A DNA stretch of 64,000 bases. Origin: Bacteriovoracaceae bacterium. GTDB lineage: Bacteria > Bdellovibrionota > Bacteriovoracia > Bacteriovoracales > Bacteriovoracaceae. Below are positions 1 to 7,219 of the stretch, piece after piece. The number at the start of each line of letters is the position of its first letter. Positions within the stretch are counted from its first letter, which is position 1. Position numbers and translations under genes: made by a program. Location: contig JAMPXB010000002.1 in NCBI GenBank assembly GCA_023701435.1, positions 48,171-112,170 on the forward strand, written 5' to 3'. The notes beneath the pieces are model-generated. The model did no database searches and had not been told where the DNA came from. It worked only from the letters and a program-made list of their open reading frames with translations.

Positions 1-937
1 TGTATAAAGGAAGAGTTACCTCTTGGTTCATTAATTTCAAATGATTCAAAACTTCATGAGAACGTTTCAGACTGCCAATCATTGCTACATGAGAAGCTTT
101 TTGATTAAGGGCCTTCTCCACCAGCAGTGGGTCCTGAGCTGTGTGCCCGGCGATAACGACAACTTCTCCTTTATGAAAATCAATGTGCTCATAACTGTCC
201 TCGAGACAATGGCATTTAACGTTTGTTGGATAATTTTCTGATTTTAAATCCGGTCCCACAACACGAACAGAATAATTGAGCAGGGTAAAGTGCCGGGCCA
301 GGGCCTCGGTGATTCTGGTTCGGCCTACAATCGTGACTTCTTTTAAATAAGGCTGACTGTTTACAGTCTTAAAGGTTGCCGGAACTTTTTTTATCTCTCG
401 CAAGGATTTCGCGGTGACATCTCTTTTATCTGCCGCAGTCGTGGCCATTAAAAGCAGCAGGTCTTCAATTGACTGTGGAGGATCAAGTTTTAAATCCTCC
501 TGGATATTCCAGCCATAAAAACCACCGAGACTTCTGATCTCGTTGTGAAACTGATCTGTTTGAGGAAGCATCATGACTTCCGCAGGAAGTATGGGGTCAA
601 TAAAGACTCTCATCTTTCCGCCACAGGCAACTCCCAGACCAAAAATTTCATCATCGAGATCGGCCAGGACGATACGGGTTTTTCCCTCTCGGATCGCCTG
701 AACCGCTTCTTCTCCAATAAATCTTTCAGCACAGCCACCGCCCACCCAACCTAAAAGGTTAACACCGTCTTGATCAAAGATCGCCTTGGAGCTTGTTCTG
801 GCCGAAGCAGAACCCAAAACCTCGATGACAGTTGCAATAGCGTAGGGTCTATTTTCTGAACGTAGGATCTGGACTTTAGAAAAAAAGTCCATTACTGGGT
901 CTGATGTCGTTGAAAGGGGACAAGAAATTTTAGGCAT
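1..937 (-). CDS. XdhC/CoxI-family accessory (cofactor-insertion) protein; 3' end runs past the window edge
   Basis: Absent from the ORF track because it is open to the window edge. Reverse translation from ATG 937 gives MPKISCPLST..RPYAIATVIEVLGSASARTSSKAIFDQDG..GWVGGGCAE..LGVACGGKMRVFIDP. A Rossmann-like VTIVGRTRITEALARHF..VVVIAGHTAQD segment follows, which is the two-part XdhC layout. GAGGA SD lies upstream. Confidence 0.75.
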   Translation of the reverse strand, partial: MPKISCPLSTTSDPVMDFFSKVQILRSENRPYAIATVIEVLGSASARTSSKAIFDQDGVNLLGWVGGGCAERFIGEEAVQAIREGKTRIVLADLDDEIFGLGVACGGKMRVFIDPILPAEVMMLPQTDQFHNEIRSLGGFYGWNIQEDLKLDPPQSIEDLLLLMATTAADKRDVTAKSLREIKKVPATFKTVNSQPYLKEVTIVGRTRITEALARHFTLLNYSVRVVGPDLKSENYPTNVKCHCLEDSYEHIDFHKGEVVVIAGHTAQDPLLVEKALNQKASHVAMIGSLKRSHEVLNHLKLMNQEVTLPLY

Positions 938-1058
938 GGTTCATTCATCCTCATGAAAACCTAAGGATATTACTTTTTTTCCTCCTTCTTGTTGATAAAA
1001 ACCTGAAATGACAGTGGGCGACAAGGGTATTTATTACTTAAATATAATCCAATTTTAA

Positions 1059-1673
1059 TTAAAGAAGACCTATATTAATGGGACGAAGATACTCGTTGTA
1101 GAAGATGACCCAAAAATAGCCAGTTTTATTTCCAAAGGCCTCAAAGAAGCTCATTATCTCACTGAGGTTGTGGGAAATGGCAGAGATGCTCTTGACCACC
1201 TCTTGGAAGAAATTAACGTGTATGAGTTACTACGTGGATTAATGGACCTCTATCAATACTCCGCCGAAGATAAGGAAATTACATTTGAAGTGACTGCGGC
1301 TCCTGAATTAAAAAATTATGCTGACCGTGTCCGAATTACCCAGGCCTTGGGAAACCTGATTGATAATGCTTTAAAATTCTCTCCTAAGGGCAGCACAGTT
1401 CGTCTGGAAGCTTTTGAATCGGAAGGAAGTTGTATTATAAAAATTCAAGACCAAGGCATGGGCATTGAGGCAGAGGATCTTGAGAGGATCTGGGACAGGC
1501 TTTACCGCGGAGATAAAAGCCGTTCAACGACTGGACTGGGGATTGGTCTTAGTGTTGTTAAGGCGATTGTTAAGGCCCATCAGGGGTCCATTGTTGTTGA
1601 GAGCACTCCAAAAAAAGGATCTGTTTTTATCATTTCATTACCGCGATGTAATACTTCAGAAAGAAAGCTGTAA
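1059..1673 (+). pseudogene. Remnant two-component gene: OmpR-type receiver N-terminus fused in frame to a histidine-kinase HATPase_c C-terminus
   Basis: The frame is open from 1059. GTKILVVEDDPKIASFISKGLKEAHYLTEVVGNGRDALDHLLEE (start of a receiver domain) runs straight into INVYELLRGL..ITQALGNLIDNALKFSP (N box)..DQGMGI (G1)..GLGIGLSVVK (G2). The receiver Asp, DNA-binding domain, TM region and H-box are all missing. The only ATG (1078) sits one frame off next to a G run. The ORF track keeps only GTG 1170..1673. Confidence 0.6.
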
Positions 1674-1711
1674 GCTTGGCAGCCTAAACTCTTACTTACC
1701 AAGGAGAGTTT

Positions 1712-2152
1712 ATGAAAAATACTCATGTTTTTACAGTTTGTTTGTCAGTTCTTTTATCCACACCTTTACTTGCCCGTGATCTTTCCCAAAAGGGTGTGGA
1801 ATATGTCCCCAAAGGAATGGTTGTGGAAAACAAGACTGATGAAGTGAAAATTAAAACAGCTAATGGCGGTATTGTTGAAGTGGAGTTTACCAGAGATGGC
1901 GAGCTCGATGAAGCTTCCGGTGATTCAGTGATTCATGATGAATTTGTTCCCGGCCAGGGCCTCTTATCCCTTAAAGAGGCGGTTCAACAATTACAGGAAA
2001 ACGGGAAAAATCCCTCAGGGGACTGGTCCCTCAAAAATAGTTTTATCAAAGGATGGCACTATGAATTCGAGGGAATTGAGGCCGGTAAGTCCATGGACTA
2101 CGTCCTTGATGCCAAAACCGGCAAGCTTTTAGAGTCTAAACGAGACGATTAA
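1712..2152 (+). CDS. Secreted PepSY-like domain protein
   Basis: Signal peptide MKNTHVFTVCLSVLLSTPLLA. Small two-lobed acidic protein ending ..YEFEGIEAGKSMDYVLDAKTGKLLESK, typical of PepSY repeats found next to two-component genes. AGGAGAG SD. Confidence 0.55.
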   Translation: MKNTHVFTVCLSVLLSTPLLARDLSQKGVEYVPKGMVVENKTDEVKIKTANGGIVEVEFTRDGELDEASGDSVIHDEFVPGQGLLSLKEAVQQLQENGKNPSGDWSLKNSFIKGWHYEFEGIEAGKSMDYVLDAKTGKLLESKRDD

Positions 2153-3591
2153 TAAGAAGGGAGCTTAATCCTGATGATCATGCCTTCGCCCAGATCGTTC
2201 TGGATATAAAGCTCCCCTTCATAAATTTGAAGGATTCTTTTGGCCACTTCCATCCTTCGATCCAGGCTCAGGGAGTTGCTCTCCGGGCCTTTTTGATGAA
2301 CTGTTTTAATATGAAAAGTGATGACGTGGGTCTCATCGGAACTTTGATTTTCAATGGTAATGACACTGCCTGCTTGAGAATAAATGATGGCATGAGAGAG
2401 AACGTTGGAGAGAACACTGTTTTGAATAAGCCAGCCATTAGCATTTATCGTCACCTCAGTAAGTTTCTCTTTGCTGTATTGGATGACAAGGTGCTTTTTT
2501 TCAATGATGTCATTCAAGAGATCAAGTTGTCTTTCCAGTAGAGGAAGAAATTGATGGACTTCGTGATGGGCCCCTTCCTTGGATTGGGTCATCGTTTGTA
2601 AGAGATCAATTTGTTCGATCAGGTTGGTAATATAATTGATGTTCTTTGAGCATATCTTCTCTTGATCTTTCCCTTGCTCGAGTTGGTTAATTTCCGAATG
2701 CATGTCGACTAAGTTGCTTAAGGCCTCTTTCGAGGTCAAAGTGAGAAGACTACTAATATCGCTAAGTTGATTTCTGGCCTTCTTCTTTTGTTCTTGCAGT
2801 CTCGTCATAAAGGCCACAATCAGTGCCAACATGAAAGCTATGATCAAATTACCATATTGAGGAAACAGAATAAAAGATGAGCCGTCTACCCGCCAACTTT
2901 CAAAGACCAGATCTCTTCCCATTTCTTGAATGACGGTTTGATAGACCTTGGTCCCGGGAGTGGGCTCTGCAGATGTGGCAAAATAGCTACGTCCTGAAGC
3001 CTTATCTTTAATAATTAAGTGGTAAGCATCAGTAGATTCAAATAATTTAAATTTATCGAAGAAACGTTCGGAATTAATAACGATCGCCACCCAGCCTCTA
3101 AGGGTTTGGTTGGTCACGATCGGCAAGTAGATCGCAAAGCCATCTAGTCCTTGGTAGAGATCAAAGGGGGGAGAGAAAAAATAATTTTTTCCTTTATGAT
3201 AGGACTCTTTCAGGGCCACAAAATTTTGGGAAATCTTGCCAACGGCGCCTGAGTTTACTTCAGGTGGAAAGACCCTGATGATCATGCCTTCACTATCCAC
3301 GACATTAATTCCCAGAATTTCGGTATTTAAGTCAAGTAGGGTATAGGCGGCATTGGTGAATTTTCTTTTTAATAAGTCATTTTCGCGAGAAAAAAGCTCA
3401 GCACTAATGGTCCCTATGGAGAGTGGTAATTTAAGGAACAATTTGAAACGATCTCTGACGTTTTCCTGAAGGATTCTTGTCTGTTTAGCATCAATTTCTT
3501 CCTGACGCTGAATGAGGAGTTTGGAAAAAGTTTGCAGTAAGAAATAACTAAGAAAGAAGGTGATGAAGAACAGGATGGTTATTTTTCGCAT
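2149..3591 (-). CDS. Membrane sensor-kinase-like protein with periplasmic sensing domain and degenerate kinase motifs
   Basis: N-terminal TM, ~230 aa extracytoplasmic domain, second TM (LIIAFMLALIVAFM), coiled coil, then a C-terminal HATPase-like fold (LSNVLSHAIIYS..GEGMIIRIKLP). I cannot find a canonical H-box, DxGxG (G1) or GxGLG (G2). Confidence 0.55.
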   Translation of the reverse strand: MRKITILFFITFFLSYFLLQTFSKLLIQRQEEIDAKQTRILQENVRDRFKLFLKLPLSIGTISAELFSRENDLLKRKFTNAAYTLLDLNTEILGINVVDSEGMIIRVFPPEVNSGAVGKISQNFVALKESYHKGKNYFFSPPFDLYQGLDGFAIYLPIVTNQTLRGWVAIVINSERFFDKFKLFESTDAYHLIIKDKASGRSYFATSAEPTPGTKVYQTVIQEMGRDLVFESWRVDGSSFILFPQYGNLIIAFMLALIVAFMTRLQEQKKKARNQLSDISSLLTLTSKEALSNLVDMHSEINQLEQGKDQEKICSKNINYITNLIEQIDLLQTMTQSKEGAHHEVHQFLPLLERQLDLLNDIIEKKHLVIQYSKEKLTEVTINANGWLIQNSVLSNVLSHAIIYSQAGSVITIENQSSDETHVITFHIKTVHQKGPESNSLSLDRRMEVAKRILQIYEGELYIQNDLGEGMIIRIKLPSY

Positions 3592-3757
3592 AGGCCGACC
3601 ATGTTTAATTTAAGATTTCTTAAGATAGTACAATATAATTAATCTTCTTTAACCTAAATTTTTTGACCCTTAATCTTTAGGGCCTTTGCAATGTCACGTT
3701 TTATATTCAGTGAAATCGACTACAAATTTTTCATGAACATTCACCAATGAGGGTAAT

Positions 3758-4381
3758 ATGAAAAAGTGGTATTTAACGGGATTTTGCTTTCTCGCCTTGT
3801 CAGTTTCTTCTGCTTCTTTTGCTCAGACTGAGCGCTTAATGAGTGTTGCTAGCAATCCAAACGGTTTAAGTTATTTTGACATTACCATTAAGGATTCCGG
3901 ACTTTTAAACGGTGTTTATAAAGGGTGGTGTGGGGACTGGACCACTCACATTGAGCACAATGTTGACTATAATGCCAAGTTTTACTCCCCCTATTCAGAG
4001 CTTCCTGAGGGATTGGTTGATCATCCTGAAAACCTCGATGAGGTGAACTGGATCCTGAACCAACACTTTGTCGGAAAGACATCTCCGGGAGGATTTGGGG
4101 TCTACACCTATAGTGATGTCCAGCTGGCCATTTGGGCACTCTTGGATACTTTCTATGATGATTCAACAGCAGGACCTTACTCACCACAAAGAGTCGAAGA
4201 AATCCGAAGTCAGGCCTTAAGCTTGGGTAGCGACTTTTATCCTCGTTGTAGTCAAGTGGTTGGTATTATTCTTGAGCCACGGGATAGAACTACCGGGAAT
4301 CGGGTGCAGACAACCATCTCTGAAGTTCCTCGGAACCACTTCCCTAAATGTGTTATTCCGGACAACGATGATTCAATTTAA
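3758..4381 (+). CDS. Secreted hypothetical protein
   Basis: Signal peptide MKKWYLTGFCFLALSVSSASFA; GAGGG SD; no family recognised with confidence (see finding on the VQLAIW motif). Confidence 0.6.
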   Translation: MKKWYLTGFCFLALSVSSASFAQTERLMSVASNPNGLSYFDITIKDSGLLNGVYKGWCGDWTTHIEHNVDYNAKFYSPYSELPEGLVDHPENLDEVNWILNQHFVGKTSPGGFGVYTYSDVQLAIWALLDTFYDDSTAGPYSPQRVEEIRSQALSLGSDFYPRCSQVVGIILEPRDRTTGNRVQTTISEVPRNHFPKCVIPDNDDSI

Positions 4382-4390
4382 TTGTTAAGA

Positions 4391-4423
4391 GTTCAAAGGA
4401 GGACCATTGATCCTCCTTCGAAC
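4391..4423. terminator. Bidirectional hairpin between convergent genes
   Basis: gttcaaaggagga / tcctccttcgaac: 13-bp arms with 1 mismatch and a 7-nt loop, between the stops at 4381 (+) and 4427 (-). Confidence 0.55.
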
Positions 4424-4426
4424 TTT

Positions 4427-4675
4427 CTATTGTGATTGCTGACTTTTTTCTTTTTCTTTTGCCGCTGCTTCCCGTTGTTCTTCCCCATAATATTCATATT
4501 GGCCATTTTTGTAAGGGCCGGTTTGAAATGGATTAAGAACACTGCCTTCTTCTTGTTTTTGGGGTTGTATGTCCGGGGTTTCCTGAAGGGGCTCTTCTAT
4601 TTTCTCAGGGGATGTGTCTTGAGCATAGGTGAGGGCCGACAGGGACAATAGCAGGATTGAGAGAATTATTTTCAT
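4427..4675 (-). CDS. Small secreted Glu/Gln-rich protein
   Basis: Signal peptide MKIILSILLLSLSALTYA; AAGGAG SD 7 nt upstream; last gene of the copper cluster on the minus strand. Confidence 0.55.
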   Translation of the reverse strand: MKIILSILLLSLSALTYAQDTSPEKIEEPLQETPDIQPQKQEEGSVLNPFQTGPYKNGQYEYYGEEQREAAAKEKEKSQQSQ

Positions 4676-4677
4676 AT

Positions 4678-4726
4678 GAAGTCTCCTTCTGCCATAAGTT
4701 TAAAACGGGGGGCAGAAGGAGACTTC
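4678..4726 (-). terminator. Perfect 16-bp-stem hairpin after the multicopper oxidase gene; it also contains the SD of the next ORF
   Basis: gaagtctccttctgcc (4678-4693) pairs perfectly with ggcagaaggagacttc (4711-4726), with a 17-nt loop. It lies between the MCO stop (4749) and ATG 4675. Confidence 0.5.
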
Positions 4727-4748
4727 TAAAGTTCAACCAAAGAACACT

Positions 4749-6818
4749 TTAAAAATTATATTGGGCACCAATTCCGGCGCTGTGCTCGGTAAACATTAGC
4801 CCGGCCGACCAATCCCACTGACGCTGATACATGAGTGAAATTTCAAATTCTGATTCTTGTTTTTGGCGAAAGGTAAATTCGGCGTCTGTATAAATCGTTT
4901 TAGTCCACTGAAACCGTTTTTCTAAATCAAATCTCAGGCGACCTTCATGATCCATTAGAGTGTGGGTTTCAAAGAGAAATGGTAGGAGATACCCAAACCC
5001 GGCGACGGCGGCGCCCTCATCTTCCACTAAAGTCCCGCCTGCAATTAAACTGGTGAATCGACCAAACCATCTTTTATAGAATAGATCGCCTTCGCCCTTC
5101 CAGTTAAAATCTTCCCGGGTTTCATATCTGAGTTCGATTTCATCCCAGGTATTCATCAGATTAAGCTGGGCCTGCACATGGTTGGTCGCGGCCTCAAACA
5201 TGCCCCGGTAGTAAACATGATCATGAAGATGAGGGTCTTGTTTTTGCCACTCCTGGATCTCTTGTGAAGGTGTAAAGGAAGAGTACTTCACAACTCGCGC
5301 CATACCAGTCTTTAAGTGATACAAGTTATGGCAATGGAGCATCCAATCCCCGGGCTCATTACTGTAGAACTCAATGGTCCGACTTGAATGAGGGGCCACA
5401 TCCACCGTATGTTTCATGGGAGATCTTTCTCCATGCTTATTAATGACCCGAAAAAAGTGGCCATGGAGATGCATCGGGTGATGCATCATCGTCTTGTTCT
5501 CAAAGGTGAATCGAATGATCTCATTTTCTTTAATATTAATAGTGGTATCTTGGTGAATCGCCTTGCCGTTAATATGCCAAACATAACGTTCCATATCCCC
5601 ATCTAAGATGAGTTTTACGTCATGTCGGGGAATGTGGGGCAGGAATTCCGTCTTGGAGCTGGCCTCGGCATCATTCACCGAAAATGAAGGAATAATATCC
5701 TGTGGAGAAGGTTGTTCCATTGAACCATGGTCCATCGAGCTGTGGTCCATTGATCCATGATCCATTGGCCCTTGTTCTGGTAAATTATGGTTCATAGATC
5801 CGTGATCCATACTCGCATACATATCTGGAAATGGTCTTATGGGAGCAGGGACATTGGGACCCATACCAATCCAGATGGAAGTGGAACCAGTTCCATCCTG
5901 GGTGGTTGCTTTTAATTCATAGTTTTTATGTTCAGGAGCTTCAAATAAAAGGTCATAGGTTTCGGCCATACCCATCAAGAAATCATTGGCGAAAGTTGGT
6001 TTTATATCAACTCCATCCATGGAAATAATCTTCATGGGAATATTTCCCAACGAGACATAGAAATAGGATGAAGCGGCGGCATTAATAACCCTAATTCTTA
6101 TCTTCTCTCCAGGGTGGGCCATGAATGAAGGAGGTGTTCTTTGACCGTTAATAAGAAAGGCATCATAACCCACATCGGAGAAATCCATCCCTCCCATTCT
6201 TGTCCATTCATTGGTGAGGTAGCTTTTTAAGGAATCGGCCTTGATGGCTCCCCACCAGGAACGCATTGTATTCTTTTTGAAAAGATAGTAGTCCCCATCT
6301 TTTTTGAGGTTCTTTAGGATTTGAGAGGCATTTTCATCTGACCAGTCACTTACCACTACCACCAGGTCTTTATCGTATTTGATCTTTTTTTCTTTGGGGT
6401 GAATAACAATCGCCCCATAAAGACCCTTTTGCTCCTGGACATTGGTGTGGGAGTGGTACCAGTAAGTTCCATGCTGCCTTATTTTAAACTTGAAAGTAAA
6501 ACTTTCACCCGGGAAAATGGGAGGAGTATTAACATAAGGCACCCCATCCATAGAGGGATCGAGAAGTATGCCATGCCAATGAACGGAGAGTTCATCATCC
6601 GGGATATTATTTTTTAAAACTATTTCAGCATCGTCACCTTCAGTGAACTCAAGGGTTGGTGCCGGAATCCCGCCATTGATCATGAGAGCAAAGTCCACAG
6701 TTTTTTTTCCACTCAGATTAATTTTTCCTTTTGTGGCAACTAGTTCATAACGAACGGTCTTGGCCCCTGCGGATAAGGCCATTAAGAATAAGAAAATGAA
6801 ACTGATAATGTTTTTCAT
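4749..6818 (-). CDS. Multicopper oxidase (CopA/PcoA type) fused to a CopB-like outer-membrane domain
   Basis: Start trimmed to MKNIISFIFLFLMALSAGA (signal peptide). The track start 6863 would overlap cueR. Cu-site motifs HWHG, HSH, HPMHLHGH and HCHNLYH are present, plus a Met/His-rich MDHGSM repeat block. The ~170 aa C-terminal extension has alternating beta-strand character and ends ..GIGAQYNF (terminal Phe). Confidence 0.85.
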   Translation of the reverse strand: MKNIISFIFLFLMALSAGAKTVRYELVATKGKINLSGKKTVDFALMINGGIPAPTLEFTEGDDAEIVLKNNIPDDELSVHWHGILLDPSMDGVPYVNTPPIFPGESFTFKFKIRQHGTYWYHSHTNVQEQKGLYGAIVIHPKEKKIKYDKDLVVVVSDWSDENASQILKNLKKDGDYYLFKKNTMRSWWGAIKADSLKSYLTNEWTRMGGMDFSDVGYDAFLINGQRTPPSFMAHPGEKIRIRVINAAASSYFYVSLGNIPMKIISMDGVDIKPTFANDFLMGMAETYDLLFEAPEHKNYELKATTQDGTGSTSIWIGMGPNVPAPIRPFPDMYASMDHGSMNHNLPEQGPMDHGSMDHSSMDHGSMEQPSPQDIIPSFSVNDAEASSKTEFLPHIPRHDVKLILDGDMERYVWHINGKAIHQDTTINIKENEIIRFTFENKTMMHHPMHLHGHFFRVINKHGERSPMKHTVDVAPHSSRTIEFYSNEPGDWMLHCHNLYHLKTGMARVVKYSSFTPSQEIQEWQKQDPHLHDHVYYRGMFEAATNHVQAQLNLMNTWDEIELRYETREDFNWKGEGDLFYKRWFGRFTSLIAGGTLVEDEGAAVAGFGYLLPFLFETHTLMDHEGRLRFDLEKRFQWTKTIYTDAEFTFRQKQESEFEISLMYQRQWDWSAGLMFTEHSAGIGAQYNF
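5712..5822 (-). repeat. Coding repeat for the Met/His-rich tract MDHGSM x4
   Basis: Encodes MYASMDHGSMNHNLPEQGPMDHGSMDHSSMDHGSMEQP. Reiterated gatccat/ggtccat units are visible on the plus strand. Confidence 0.8.
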
Positions 6819-6829
6819 TGAATTCCTTC

Positions 6830-7219
6830 TTAATGACATTCTAATTCGTCCAAAATGGGACAATCAGGACGATGATCCCCATGGCAATTTTTCACCAGGT
6901 GATTAAGTGTGGAAAGCATGGTTTGAGTCTCATGAAGCTTCTTTTCCAGCTCTGAGATATGTTTTTGCGCAATATTTTTTACCTGCGAGCTCGAGCGGGC
7001 CTTGTTTTTCCACAGACTCACCAGTTGTTTTATGTCTTTCATCGAAAAACCCAACTCCCGGGACCTTTTAACAAATTTTAGGATATGCACATCTCTTTCA
7101 GAGTATTGTCGGTAGCCGGCCTCGCTTCTTCCGGCCTTGGGAATAATACCCTGTTCTTCATATCTTCTGATCATTTTGCTGTTAACTTCGCTCAGTTGAG
7201 CGACTTCACCAATATTCAT
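6830..7219 (-). CDS. cueR: Cu(I)-responsive MerR-family regulator CueR
   Basis: MNIGEVAQLSEVNSKMIRRYEEQGIIP (MerR HTH), a dimerisation helix, and the C-terminal metal loop CHGDHRPDCP. ATG 7219 overlaps the copA stop (ATGA). Matching operators are present at 9445 and 9692. Confidence 0.85.
   Translation of the reverse strand: MNIGEVAQLSEVNSKMIRRYEEQGIIPKAGRSEAGYRQYSERDVHILKFVKRSRELGFSMKDIKQLVSLWKNKARSSSQVKNIAQKHISELEKKLHETQTMLSTLNHLVKNCHGDHRPDCPILDELECH

Noticed and set aside
1078-1101. ATG-initiated mini-ORF MGRRYSL-stop
   Set aside because: It is the out-of-frame start of the decayed response-regulator gene, not an independent gene.
5388-6617. Plus-strand ORFs 5388..5606, 5831..6028 and 6399..6617
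   Set aside because: They are antisense to the multicopper oxidase gene, with no SD and no recognisable features.
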